The position numbers were made by a program, and so were the translations under genes. DNA of 64,000 nt from contig LSNL01000005.1 of the NCBI GenBank assembly GCA_003056145.1, positions 20,240 through 84,239 of the forward strand. The letters are read 5' to 3'. The notes under the pieces are model-generated. The model saw only the letters and a program-made list of their open reading frames with translations, was not told the origin of the DNA and made no database searches. Below, one piece after another: positions 49,124 through 59,225 of the stretch. The DNA is from Parcubacteria group bacterium M10-OD1-1. Its GTDB lineage: Bacteria; Patescibacteriota; Minisyncoccia; Moranbacterales; UBA2206. Numbering within the stretch: the stretch's first letter is position 1; every line of letters starts with the position of its first letter.

Positions 49124-49540
49124 TTAGCAACCCTTGTCTGGTAAATAACCTTTAGATTGTGCTTCTTTTTTACTCTTAAAGCAAATTTTATTTTTAGCTT
49201 TAATCCGTTTTACCCACCGACAATTTGGCAGATGATAAGTATGAGAATTCTTGCTAGCTACATAAGCACATTGAGAAGAAACGGGAGTTTTTAAGTTGAC
49301 TGATGAAATTTTTTTCTTCTCGCTTAAGCTTTTAATATTTTGTGTTTTTTGAGAAGTTGTTAATTGATTTGAAAAATTTATAGGTTTTTCAATTATAAGA
49401 GGATTTTTAAAATCATTTTTTCCTTGAATAATCCCAATTTCTAAAGAGATAATTGCTATCAAAACAAAGCCAATCATTAAAATAATTTTCTGATCATTTT
49501 TTAACCAAAACTCTTTAATTTTTCCTTTTATTTTTTTCAT
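49124..49540 (-). CDS. Membrane-anchored protein with C-terminal Ada-type metal-binding-like domain
   Basis: N-terminal TM helix; C-terminal YVASKNSHTYHLPNCRWVKRIKAKNKICFKSKKEAQSKGYLPDKGC resembles the Ada_Zn_binding pattern (Y..SK.S..YH.P.C......N...F.S..EA...GY.PC..C). Confidence 0.4.
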   Translation of the reverse strand: MKKIKGKIKEFWLKNDQKIILMIGFVLIAIISLEIGIIQGKNDFKNPLIIEKPINFSNQLTTSQKTQNIKSLSEKKKISSVNLKTPVSSQCAYVASKNSHTYHLPNCRWVKRIKAKNKICFKSKKEAQSKGYLPDKGC

Positions 49541-49632
49541 TTCTCTTTAATTGACATTATAGCACACTATTGCTACAATAAGACTTGTATTATTAAATTA
49601 TCAAAATTTATTTTAATTACTAAATTAATCAT

Positions 49633-49905
49633 ATGGCTCATCGTAAAGCAGGTGGTTCTACTCAATTAGGTCGTGATTCAATATCTAAAAGACTAGGGGT
49701 AAAAAAATTTGGTGGAGAAGTTATTAAAACTGGTCAAATAATTCTTAGACAAAGAGGAACTAAATTTAGACCAGGAGAAAATGTTGGTCGTGGAGGTGAC
49801 GATACACTTTTTGCTAAAAAAGATGGCAATGTAAAGTTTAAAACCAAAAAAGTAGAATTATTTACTGGGAAATTAAAAACTAAAAAAATTGTTTCTGTTG
49901 AATAA
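49633..49905 (+). CDS. rpmA: 50S ribosomal protein L27
   Basis: [16 protein letters not shown]...[10 protein letters not shown] classic bL27. Confidence 0.9.
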   Translation: MAHRKAGGSTQLGRDSISKRLGVKKFGGEVIKTGQIILRQRGTKFRPGENVGRGGDDTLFAKKDGNVKFKTKKVELFTGKLKTKKIVSVE

Positions 49906-49944
49906 ATGATAATCTTTTTTAGTTTAACAAAAATAGGTTCTTGA

Positions 49945-50475
49945 TTGGATCTATTTTTTGTTGTAAATTATAATTTTTTATGGTATAGTATACTTATAAA
50001 AAATAAACTTCTTAAATTCATGAATAAATCTATTCCTAGCCGTTGGGCTATAATAATAATTATAATAATAGCTATTATTTCTGGATCTTATCTTTTTATT
50101 AAATTAAAAGAATTTAATTATTCTACCCAAATATCCGCTCCTGTTGCCATTTCTAAAATAAAAAAAATCAAACCTAAAAATATTTGTTCTATTCATGCTT
50201 ATAAAGGTAAAGCGAAAATTAAAGTTTGGAAAAGTCAAAAAGATGGTGCTGAAGTGCTAATAATTAATAACGCGGACTTAGCTAAACTTCCTACTAACGC
50301 CATAACTTATTTTAAATTAATTGATGCTTCTAAAAAATTAGAACAAAAATTAGCGACTACTTCAAAAAAGAATCCAGTTACTATCCTAATAACCGGCTTA
50401 TTATCTAGATGCCATAATCAAATTCCGCTTGCTTGCTTGAAGTACAAAAAGAACATTTTTCATTCATATCTCTAG
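49945..50475 (+). CDS. Hypothetical membrane-anchored protein
   Basis: Isoleucine-rich TM helix (AIIIIIIIAIISGSYLFI); start more likely at the internal Met (MNKSIP...); function unknown. Confidence 0.35.
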   Translation: MDLFFVVNYNFLWYSILIKNKLLKFMNKSIPSRWAIIIIIIIAIISGSYLFIKLKEFNYSTQISAPVAISKIKKIKPKNICSIHAYKGKAKIKVWKSQKDGAEVLIINNADLAKLPTNAITYFKLIDASKKLEQKLATTSKKNPVTILITGLLSRCHNQIPLACLKYKKNIFHSYL

Positions 50476-50506
50476 GCTTATCAATTAATCTTTTTCAAGA
50501 TTAAAG

Positions 50507-50540
50507 AAAAACTCTTCTCAATAGAAGAGTTTTTCTTTGG
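50507..50540. terminator. Bidirectional terminator (aaaaactcttct-caat-agaagagttttt)
   Basis: 12-bp perfect stem with T-runs on both strands, between convergent genes. Confidence 0.5.
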
Positions 50541-50563
50541 ATTTTCTTTAGTTTGTTCCTCTA

Positions 50564-52213
50564 TTAATTAATTTTATTCTTTTGCGCGAAACTAGCTTTA
50601 ATAAATTTAAGGAATAAGGGGTGTGATCTAAAAGGACTAGATTTTAATTCTGGATGAAACTGCGTGGCTAAAAAGAATGGATGAGTAGTTATTGGTAATT
50701 CAGTTATTTCCATTAATTTTTCATCTGGTGATTGACCAGAGAATATCAAACCATTTTTCTCTAATCTATCAATATAGACTGGGTTAACTTCCCAACGATG
50801 ACGATGTCGCTCGGAAATTTTAGTAGTTTTATAAGCCGAATAAGCTAGCGTATCTTTTTTTATTTTAGCAGGATAAGCACCTAATCTCATTGTTGCTCCA
50901 TAATTATTATCATCTAAATTCTTTTTTTGTTCAGACATAATATCTATAACTGGATTTTTAGTTTTCCTATCAATCTCTGTTGTATTAGCATCTTTAATGC
51001 CTAAAACATTTCTCGCATATTCAATAACTGTTAGTTGCATCCCATAGCACAATCCTAAAAAGGGAATTTTATTTTTTCTCAAAAATTCTATAGTTTTTAT
51101 CTTTCCTTCTATTCCCCTCGCTCCAAAACCTCCAGGAACCACTACACCATCATATTCTTTTAGCTCTTCTAATTTTTGCGGATTTTTTTCAAAGACTTCA
51201 CTATCAATCCAACCGATTTCTGGTTTAAGCTTTTGTTTATAGGCTGCATGTTTAATAGCTTCAATTACACTAATATAGGCATCAGAAAGAAGAAAGCTTC
51301 CTGTTCCAAAATATTTACCCACTATCCCAATTTTTACTTTTTCTTTAGCCTCTTTAATATTATCAACTAAATCATACCATTTTTTTAAGTCAGTTTTTCT
51401 GCTATAAGAAAGTCCTAATTTTTTAAGTAGCAAGCGACTAAGATCATCCCGCTCAAAATTAACTGGCACTTTATAGATACTATCTACATCTGGAGCGCTA
51501 ATGACATATTGCTCTGAAATATTACAGAAAAGAGAAATTTTTTCTTTCCTTTTCTTATCTAAAGCTATTTCACTTCTGGCAATTATAAAATCAGGTTGGA
51601 TACCAGTTCCATTTAAAGTTCTTACGGCGTGTTGAGTCGGTTTAGTTTTCATCTCTCCAATTTTAGAAGGGATCGGAACCCAGCTTAGCATAACCGTTAG
51701 AACATCCTCTGGATTTTTTAATTTCATAATTCTAATCGCTTCCATAAACAATATATTTTCATATTCCCCTACCGTTCCGCCAATTTCTATAATAGTAACA
51801 TCTGACTTAGCTTTAACAGAAGCTTTTTTTATCTTAGCAATAATTTCTAAAGGAATATGAGGAACTACTTGAACACATTTACCTTTATATTCTAAATTTC
51901 TTTCCTTTCTAATAACTTCTTCATAGACTCTCCCCGTAGTCATATAATTATCATTAGGTAGAGTTATATCTAGAAATCTTTCATAATTTCCCATGTCCTG
52001 ATCAGTTTCATAACCATCATTTAAAACAAAAACTTCTCCATGTTCAGTAGGATTCATTGTGCCAGCATCTACATTGATATAGGGGTCCACCTTCATTGCT
52101 GTAACTTCATAACCTCTAGCTTTTAAAATAGCCCCAATAGAAGCTGAGGCCACTCCCTTTCCAATACCGCTCATAATTCCTCCGACAACAAATATATATT
52201 TTCTGTTTTTCAT
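50564..52213 (-). CDS. pyrG: CTP synthase
   Basis: N-terminal synthetase domain (IFVVGGIMSGIGKGVASAS) and glutamine amidotransferase domain (GLCYGMQ). Confidence 0.92.
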   Translation of the reverse strand: MKNRKYIFVVGGIMSGIGKGVASASIGAILKARGYEVTAMKVDPYINVDAGTMNPTEHGEVFVLNDGYETDQDMGNYERFLDITLPNDNYMTTGRVYEEVIRKERNLEYKGKCVQVVPHIPLEIIAKIKKASVKAKSDVTIIEIGGTVGEYENILFMEAIRIMKLKNPEDVLTVMLSWVPIPSKIGEMKTKPTQHAVRTLNGTGIQPDFIIARSEIALDKKRKEKISLFCNISEQYVISAPDVDSIYKVPVNFERDDLSRLLLKKLGLSYSRKTDLKKWYDLVDNIKEAKEKVKIGIVGKYFGTGSFLLSDAYISVIEAIKHAAYKQKLKPEIGWIDSEVFEKNPQKLEELKEYDGVVVPGGFGARGIEGKIKTIEFLRKNKIPFLGLCYGMQLTVIEYARNVLGIKDANTTEIDRKTKNPVIDIMSEQKKNLDDNNYGATMRLGAYPAKIKKDTLAYSAYKTTKISERHRHRWEVNPVYIDRLEKNGLIFSGQSPDEKLMEITELPITTHPFFLATQFHPELKSSPFRSHPLFLKFIKASFAQKNKIN

Positions 52214-52305
52214 TTTAAAATTTGAATTATCATTTTCGTGTATTATTTTAAAATACCCGAAAAGAATTCTTGTTGATTAAATAATATACTAAAAAATACA
52301 AACAA

Positions 52306-52328
52306 AAAGTCGCTCCCCCTGCGACTTT
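52306..52328 (-). terminator. Candidate terminator downstream of rplI (aaagtcgc-tccccct-gcgacttt)
   Basis: 8-bp stem; T-rich tract follows on the minus strand. Confidence 0.4.
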
Positions 52329-52348
52329 AATAAATTTATAAGTTTCAA

Positions 52349-52789
52349 TTAGTGTTCTTTCACTATTACTATTATTTCAGCTGAAATTTTTCTTCCTAAT
52401 TCTATTTTTACTTTATACTCACCTAATCGTTTAATACTTTCCTTCATTATAATAGATTTTTCTAAAATATCCAAATTTTCTTTTTTTAAAGCTTTTTCTA
52501 TTTCCTTAGCGCCAACTGAACCAAAAAGCTTCCCTTCTTTAGATTTAGATAAAATAATTATTTTTTTATTATTCAATTTTTGAGCTAATTGTTGAATTTT
52601 TTGTTTATTCTCTAATTCTAATTGATTTATTTTTTCTTGTTGTCGTTTAGTTTCTTGAATAGTTTTTTCAGTCGCGATTTGAGCTAATTTTTTTGGCAAT
52701 AGAAAATTTCTAGCATAACCTTCAGCGACTTCTTTTAATTCTCCTCTTTTTCCTAATTTTTTAACATCTTGTACAAGGATTATCTTCAT
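52349..52789 (-). CDS. rplI: 50S ribosomal protein L9
   Basis: [37 protein letters not shown]-terminal domain. Confidence 0.85.
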   Translation of the reverse strand: MKIILVQDVKKLGKRGELKEVAEGYARNFLLPKKLAQIATEKTIQETKRQQEKINQLELENKQKIQQLAQKLNNKKIIILSKSKEGKLFGSVGAKEIEKALKKENLDILEKSIIMKESIKRLGEYKVKIELGRKISAEIIVIVKEH

Positions 52790-52807
52790 AGTTTTATTCT
52801 TAAAAAT

Positions 52808-54196
52808 TTATTTTAATTTACTTTTAATTACTGACAAAGCTTTAGCGAGTTGTGGATCCTGATGTTTTTTATAATCATTAAGAGTAAAATCAACTTTAAT
52901 ATCTGGTTGAATACCTTTTTTCATTATATAATCACCGTTAGGAGTTAACCATTTAGCTACAGTTATCTTGATACTTGAGCCTCCTGGTAGATCCATTAAT
53001 TGTTGCACACTTCCTTTTCCAAAAGACTTTTTTCCGATAAGCGTTATCCCTCTATCATCCTTAAGTGCTCCAGCTAATATTTCAGCAGCACTAGCACTTC
53101 CTTCATTAATTAATACTACCATTGGAATAGAACTCAATTTATCTCCTCCTAAAGTATAAAGGGCTTCCTTCTTGCCAGCACTATTTTCTTCTGAAACTAC
53201 TACTTTCCCCTTAGGTATCATCCTACTAGCAATAGATACGGCCTTATCTAAAAGTCCTCCTGGGTCATTTCTTAAATCTAAAATTATACCCTTGCTTCCC
53301 TTTTCTAGAATTTTGTTAGTAGCTTCATCAAATTCTTTAGCTGTATTCTCAGAAAATTTAGTAATTCGGACATAAGCAATTTGATCTTTTTTAAATTTTA
53401 ATTTAACACTCTTAATCTCAATAATGTCTCTCTTAATAGTGATCTCACTAGTTTTTTTATCTCCTTGATGAAGAACTGTTAAAATCACCTTAGTTCCTTT
53501 TTTCCCTCTAATCAAGTTAACTGCTTGGTCAATTGGTAGACCAGCTATTACATTATTGTTAACTTTTAATATTTTATCTCCGCTTCTTAAGCCTGCCCTT
53601 TTAGCTGGTGAACCGTCTAACGGAGTAACTACTGTCAACATATAGTCTTTCATTCCTAATTCTGCGCCAATCCCTTCAAAACTTCCTTTAATATCTTGAG
53701 AAAAATCTTTACTTTGTTTAGGATTAAAGAAGTCAGTATAGGGATCACCAGTCGCTTTTAGCATACCATTAATTGCTCCATAAATCATTTTTTGAGCATT
53801 TAGTTTATTCCTGTCAATATGTTTTTCTTTCACTAAATCCCAGACTTTCCAAAAAAGAGAAAAATCTACCGTTTTATCAGGAGATAATTTATGCTGAATA
53901 AAAACTTTATCTAGAGGAATTTTTCCACTATCAGAAGAAAAACTGCTTTCTCCTTTTTTTAATCCTAAGAAAAAGCTACCTGCAATCAAAAAAATAACAA
54001 TAAAAAGAAGGAGGTATTTTTTAAAGATTTTCCGATTAGCTTCTAAATTATTTTCTTCTTTTTTTAAAGCTATTAAGTGTTCAGATAGTTCTTTTGATTT
54101 TTCAATCGTTGTTGTTTCTTCAAGATTAATTTTTTCAATTTTTCCTTGTTCTTTGTCCAACTCATTTTTATTTATTTGCTTAAATTTTTCTTCCAT
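52808..54196 (-). CDS. ctp: S41 family C-terminal processing peptidase with PDZ domain
   Basis: PDZ (GLRSGDKILKVNN), KGIILDLRNDPGG, catalytic Ser region VVLINEGSASAAEILAG. Confidence 0.85.
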   Translation of the reverse strand: MEEKFKQINKNELDKEQGKIEKINLEETTTIEKSKELSEHLIALKKEENNLEANRKIFKKYLLLFIVIFLIAGSFFLGLKKGESSFSSDSGKIPLDKVFIQHKLSPDKTVDFSLFWKVWDLVKEKHIDRNKLNAQKMIYGAINGMLKATGDPYTDFFNPKQSKDFSQDIKGSFEGIGAELGMKDYMLTVVTPLDGSPAKRAGLRSGDKILKVNNNVIAGLPIDQAVNLIRGKKGTKVILTVLHQGDKKTSEITIKRDIIEIKSVKLKFKKDQIAYVRITKFSENTAKEFDEATNKILEKGSKGIILDLRNDPGGLLDKAVSIASRMIPKGKVVVSEENSAGKKEALYTLGGDKLSSIPMVVLINEGSASAAEILAGALKDDRGITLIGKKSFGKGSVQQLMDLPGGSSIKITVAKWLTPNGDYIMKKGIQPDIKVDFTLNDYKKHQDPQLAKALSVIKSKLK

Positions 54197-54238
54197 TATA
54201 GTTTTTATTAAATTTATTTTTTATTGACTAAACTACTT

Positions 54239-55048
54239 TTAATTGTGTTTAGGTAAAGGCTTACCTAAATATTCCCCAAAAAATATAATAGCACTTTTAA
54301 TATGAATCCAGGTTAATTTATTAAATAAAAGTGACTGGATAACTCCTTTTCCAACAGAACCACGCCCATGATAATGATACATCTCAGAAGTTGGCAAATA
54401 AATTATTTTCCAACCATTATCCCAAAACCTTCTACACCAATCTGTATCTTCAAAATACATTTTAAATTTTTCATTCATTAGACCAACTTTTTTGATGGCT
54501 TTTCTGCTAGTCATCAAAGCAGAACCCATCAGCCAATCAACTTCTTTTTCTTCTTGATGATTAAATTCTTTCATTAAAAAACTATCTAAGTTTTTTTTAG
54601 CGAACCAGAGCCTACCTAAAAAAGTTCTTCGATAAATTATAGTCAAAGGAGTAGGAAATCTCAGACAAGAATATTGGAGAGTAGTATTGAAATTTAATAA
54701 TTTAGGACCAACTATTCCTACTTTAGGATTATTTTCTATATAGTTAAGTAGCCTTTCAATAGCCTTATCCTTAACAATAATATCTCCATTTAAAATTAGA
54801 ATGAATTCTCCTTGACTAGTATTGTAACCTTTTTTGACTAGTCTTCCAAATCCAATATTTTTTTCAGAAGGAATAAATTTAATTTCAGGAAAATATTCCT
54901 TCATCATTAATTCTGACCGTTCTTCTGTAGCGCTATCTACGACAATAATTTCAAAATCTGTTAAAATTAAATTTTTTTTGATAGAATTTAAACAAACTTT
55001 AAGTAATTCGGGATTTTTATAACTAGTAACAATAATAGAAAGTTTCAT
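54239..55048 (-). CDS. Glycosyltransferase family 2
   Basis: LSIIVTSYKN, DSATE, ILNGD motifs. Confidence 0.8.
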   Translation of the reverse strand: MKLSIIVTSYKNPELLKVCLNSIKKNLILTDFEIIVVDSATEERSELMMKEYFPEIKFIPSEKNIGFGRLVKKGYNTSQGEFILILNGDIIVKDKAIERLLNYIENNPKVGIVGPKLLNFNTTLQYSCLRFPTPLTIIYRRTFLGRLWFAKKNLDSFLMKEFNHQEEKEVDWLMGSALMTSRKAIKKVGLMNEKFKMYFEDTDWCRRFWDNGWKIIYLPTSEMYHYHGRGSVGKGVIQSLLFNKLTWIHIKSAIIFFGEYLGKPLPKHN

Positions 55049-55078
55049 CGTTTATCTTTTTAATTATCTTAATAACAC

Positions 55079-56320
55079 TTAGTCAGAAGAAGATTTTTTA
55101 TTTTCTTGTAAATTTGAATTAAAAATATTTTGAAAAAGATTTTGAATTTTATTATAATTATTGCCCTTAAGTAAAAGAATATCGCCAAAAGTAGCATCTT
55201 TTTTACCATAAACTAAGCCAGTCTGAGAATTATCACTACTGTCTATAACTCTTTGGTATAGTTGATAACCTTGCATTTTTTTATACAAATCGTAAAAGCG
55301 TTTCATCTCCCATATCTGCATATCAGTTTTTACATTATCACCTAAATTATTAAGAATTCCATTTAACTTAGCAAAATTAGTTAAGGTTCCAGCACTAAGT
55401 AATTGATTTTTAACTGCTTGCAAAACTTCTTGTTGTCGCTTAGCCCGTTTAAAATCATTAGAAGTTTCTCTAGAACGAGCGTAGCAAAGAGCGTCGGTAG
55501 AATTTAAAATATGAGTGCCAGCACTTAATTTAAAAACACCATTACATTCTGGATGAGCATTAGTACATAAAGGATAGCTCTTTATAATCCTCTTTCTTTT
55601 TATTTTTTTAGTTCCTGGAAAATAAACATTGACTGTTTTATTTTCATACTTTCCGGTTGGAATGGTAAAAGTAGTTTTATCACAAACTTGAGGTTGATTA
55701 AATTGAACTGATTCTTCAAATGGTTTGTCTAGAGTTATTTTTACTCCACCAATTATATCAATAATTTTTTTAAAGCCATTAAAATTTATAACTACAGCGT
55801 AATGAATTGGGATACCAGTAATAGAACTAATAGTCTTTTCCATATATTTTATTCCCTGCCCATTTCCCTTTCTTTCCCCATAAGCATACACAGCATTGAG
55901 TTTTGTCTTATAACCAACGGCTGAATTATCAACAAATAAGTCACGAGGAATAGAGATTAATGCCACTTTTTTCATTTTTGGTTCTACACTAAGAATCATT
56001 ATTGTATCTGCTAAAGTTCCTCCAGCTGGATCGTTGGCACCTCGCATACCCAAAAGTAAAACATTAATTCTTCCCTCTTTTTCACCTTTTAGTTGATTAT
56101 CAACACCAGGAATATTATGTACCAAAGTTTGAAAGATTCCACCATTGGAAATCTTTTTGAAAAAACTATCAGCTTTCCATAAAAAAATTCCTCCACCAAT
56201 AATAAGAATAATAGCTATAACAGCTATTATTTTAAACCATTTGGCTTGATAAAATTTTTTATTTTTTTCTTTTTGAATATTATTACTTCTAACGAATTGT
56301 TTTTTTCCTATATAAGACAT
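55079..56320 (-). CDS. LCP family (LytR-CpsA-Psr) cell-wall glycopolymer phosphotransferase
   Basis: TM anchor plus LCP core (INVLLLGMRGANDPAGGTLADTIMILSVEP...ISIPRDLFV). Confidence 0.85.
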   Translation of the reverse strand: MSYIGKKQFVRSNNIQKEKNKKFYQAKWFKIIAVIAIILIIGGGIFLWKADSFFKKISNGGIFQTLVHNIPGVDNQLKGEKEGRINVLLLGMRGANDPAGGTLADTIMILSVEPKMKKVALISIPRDLFVDNSAVGYKTKLNAVYAYGERKGNGQGIKYMEKTISSITGIPIHYAVVINFNGFKKIIDIIGGVKITLDKPFEESVQFNQPQVCDKTTFTIPTGKYENKTVNVYFPGTKKIKRKRIIKSYPLCTNAHPECNGVFKLSAGTHILNSTDALCYARSRETSNDFKRAKRQQEVLQAVKNQLLSAGTLTNFAKLNGILNNLGDNVKTDMQIWEMKRFYDLYKKMQGYQLYQRVIDSSDNSQTGLVYGKKDATFGDILLLKGNNYNKIQNLFQNIFNSNLQENKKSSSD

Positions 56321-56445
56321 AAATTTTTTTCTTTTTTTAATAAACTGTTTTTTATTTAAAAACGCAACCCTTTAATAATAATTTTATTGTACGCTAAACC
56401 TAGTTGTTGGTCAAACAAAATTTCATTTATATTTTCTTAATAAAA

Positions 56446-57591
56446 CTAAAGTTTTTCAAAAATTTTTAATAATTTTTCAGCTGTTTTTAACCAAGAAAAA
56501 TTATTAATTTGGAGAATACCTTTATTAACTAATTCTTCCTGCAACTGTTTATTATTAATAATTTTTTTTATTTTTTCTGCTAATTCACTGCTATCGCTAG
56601 GATTAAAAAATAATACCGCCCCTCCAGCTATTTCTCGATGAGGAGGTATATCTGAAGCTAAAACAGGAACTTTCATCGCTAAAGCTTCCAGGATAGGCAT
56701 TCCAAAACCTTCATAAAATGACGGGAAACAAAATATTTGTGCACTAGCTATAAAAGATGGTTTGTCTTGGTCTGCTATATAACCAGCGAAAATAACTCCT
56801 CCTTCTAATTTTTCTTCTGCAATTACTCTATCAATTTTTTTGTCATAATTATATCCTTTCACTCCAGCTAAAACTAATTTCGGTTTCTCACCAATAAAAT
56901 CTTTATTCGCTAAAAATTGAGCATAAGCCCTCAAAAGAACAGGAACATTTTTTCTTGGTTGTAAAGTTCCCATATATAAAATAAATTTAGCTGGTAATTT
57001 ATATTTTATTTGAACTTTTTCAATCTCTATTTGATTAATAGGTTGGTAAAAATTTTGAGCTATGGAATTATAAATCCAAGTCACTTTTTCTGATTTAACT
57101 TTATAATATTTAATAATTTCTTGATGAGTAAATTGTGAAACTCCAATAATTTTATCAGCTCTTTTTATACTTAAAGGTATTAATATTTTCAAAAAAATTA
57201 AATCTGACCATTTAATAAATTGTGAGAAAAAATTAAAAGAAATATCATGAATGATAGTAATAATTTTTATTTTTTTCTTAACAAAAAAAGGCGTAATATA
57301 TTGAGTAAGATAGATATCTACCGGATTTTTTCTTAAATATTTTGGTAAAGTCCAAAAATTCCAGCTAAATTTATTTTGAGTTTTTAAAGTAATAATTTGA
57401 AAATTTTCTTTAGCCTGAATAGCTAATTCTTTTTTTATTGTAGCTATTATTTTTTTTTCTAGAATATCAGTAAAAAGATAGTAACTATTTTCTTGATCAA
57501 TAAGCGCTAGATTTTTAACTATATTAAAAAAAACCGCTTCATCCCCTGTTCGTTTTTTCCCAACATTCCTAATATCAATTCCAATTTTCAT
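56446..57591 (-). CDS. Glycosyltransferase family 4
   Basis: GT-B fold with EGFGMPILEALAMKVPVLASD motif. Confidence 0.8.
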   Translation of the reverse strand: MKIGIDIRNVGKKRTGDEAVFFNIVKNLALIDQENSYYLFTDILEKKIIATIKKELAIQAKENFQIITLKTQNKFSWNFWTLPKYLRKNPVDIYLTQYITPFFVKKKIKIITIIHDISFNFFSQFIKWSDLIFLKILIPLSIKRADKIIGVSQFTHQEIIKYYKVKSEKVTWIYNSIAQNFYQPINQIEIEKVQIKYKLPAKFILYMGTLQPRKNVPVLLRAYAQFLANKDFIGEKPKLVLAGVKGYNYDKKIDRVIAEEKLEGGVIFAGYIADQDKPSFIASAQIFCFPSFYEGFGMPILEALAMKVPVLASDIPPHREIAGGAVLFFNPSDSSELAEKIKKIINNKQLQEELVNKGILQINNFSWLKTAEKLLKIFEKL

Positions 57592-57623
57592 ATTTTTTTT
57601 GATTTATTTTTTAGAAACTATTT

Positions 57624-59225
57624 TTAAAAAAAGCTCGTTCCCTTACTTGAATAAGCTAATAAAGAAACACTTACCCCTAACCAAACCCACCAAAATCCCA
57701 ATAAAATTCCAGAATTAAATAAATTAGGGATAATTATAGCCAACCAACTAATAATAATAAACATCATTAAAGTTTTTTGTAAGTGTTTTTGAGTAAGAAA
57801 GAATTTTTTAATAGACAGATAAAAAATAGAAGCTATTAAAAGTAAAAAGGTTATTATTCCTAAAATACCAGAGCTCAGCCAAACCTCTAAAAAAATATTA
57901 GAAGAATTTAAGGCATTCCCTAATTTATCTTTTCCTAAAATTATCCCTATATTTCCCCAGCCAATACCCAGAAAAGGATGCTTTTTAATTTCTTGCCAAG
58001 ATTGCTTGTAAATCTGAGAACGAATATTAACCGTTGGGTCAACTCTTTTAATTTCTGTTACAAATTGACCAGCTTCTTGTTCTTTTTTAATAGCTTCCAA
58101 TTTTATATAACGACAATGATATTTTTTCAATTCGTCCATTTTATTGATTAGCCCTTGAGCTAAAAGTTGAGTAGGTTTTTTTGGACAAGCAATAGTTATT
58201 TTTTGCAGTCCCGATCCAACACTTCGAGCTCTATTAAATAATTGGAAATTAGTTAAATGTAAACTCATAATCAACACTAGACTAAAAATACCAAGACTAG
58301 AAAAAAGTATTAAAGTTTGCCAAAAAACTTTAGTTTTAAAACTAATTCCTACTAAAACTAAAAAAACTAGGAAACTAATTAAAGCTCCTAGCCAAGCACT
58401 TCTACTGACTGTTAAAATTAAATCTATCTCGGCCAAAACTAAACCAGTTAATAGAAAAAATTTTGTTGTTTTTAAAAAATTAAACTTTGGTTTTTCTACA
58501 CCTAAAATAAAATACCAACTAGCATAAAGAACGCTTAGAAAAACTGCAATAAAGATACCCAACCAATCTGGTTCGGTAAAGGTAGCATTTGGCCTACCAG
58601 GCATTACTTCTAGCCCTGATTGATTATAGATAAAATTAATATTTTGCCAAAGTCCAAACAGAAGAATTATTATTGAAGAACTAAAAAAATAAGGAAGTAG
58701 CCTTTTTAAAGCGTTGAAAGATTTTAAATAAATTCTAATTAAAAAATAGAAAGCAATAAAAGAAATTATTACCACAACTATTTTAAAAGATTCTCTTGTC
58801 CAAGAGCTAAAGAGGCTTAAAAAGTTAGTTAAACCAAAAATCACCACTAACCAATCCAACCAAATAAACTTCAACCTTGAAAAAAGAGCTTTTCTCTTAA
58901 AAGATAGACTAATCAAAGCTATTAAAATTAATGTCCCTAAAATTTGATATGGGCGCAGGGCTATACCCAATTCCTTCGGCGCTAAATTAATATTTTCTAA
59001 AACTAAGGTTCCAATAAAAAAACCCACCATCCAACTCGGTCGATAAAGAGATAAAAGAAAAACCAAACTAATAAAAAAAATAAAATCTCCTAACTGAATA
59101 GAGATAACCCCCATTTGATTCAAGAGAATGAGAAAAAAAACCAAAAAAATATTAGTTAGTAATAGATAACTTTTTAGAGAATTTATTTTTTGAATAAAAA
59201 TTTTTATTTTATTAACTATCAGCAT
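57624..59225 (-). CDS. O-antigen ligase/polymerase family (Wzy_C-like) polytopic membrane protein
   Basis: 12 or more TM helices; loop motif NSSNIFLEVWLSSGILG resembling the Wzy_C signature. Confidence 0.6.
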   Translation of the reverse strand: MLIVNKIKIFIQKINSLKSYLLLTNIFLVFFLILLNQMGVISIQLGDFIFFISLVFLLSLYRPSWMVGFFIGTLVLENINLAPKELGIALRPYQILGTLILIALISLSFKRKALFSRLKFIWLDWLVVIFGLTNFLSLFSSWTRESFKIVVVIISFIAFYFLIRIYLKSFNALKRLLPYFFSSSIIILLFGLWQNINFIYNQSGLEVMPGRPNATFTEPDWLGIFIAVFLSVLYASWYFILGVEKPKFNFLKTTKFFLLTGLVLAEIDLILTVSRSAWLGALISFLVFLVLVGISFKTKVFWQTLILFSSLGIFSLVLIMSLHLTNFQLFNRARSVGSGLQKITIACPKKPTQLLAQGLINKMDELKKYHCRYIKLEAIKKEQEAGQFVTEIKRVDPTVNIRSQIYKQSWQEIKKHPFLGIGWGNIGIILGKDKLGNALNSSNIFLEVWLSSGILGIITFLLLIASIFYLSIKKFFLTQKHLQKTLMMFIIISWLAIIIPNLFNSGILLGFWWVWLGVSVSLLAYSSKGTSFF

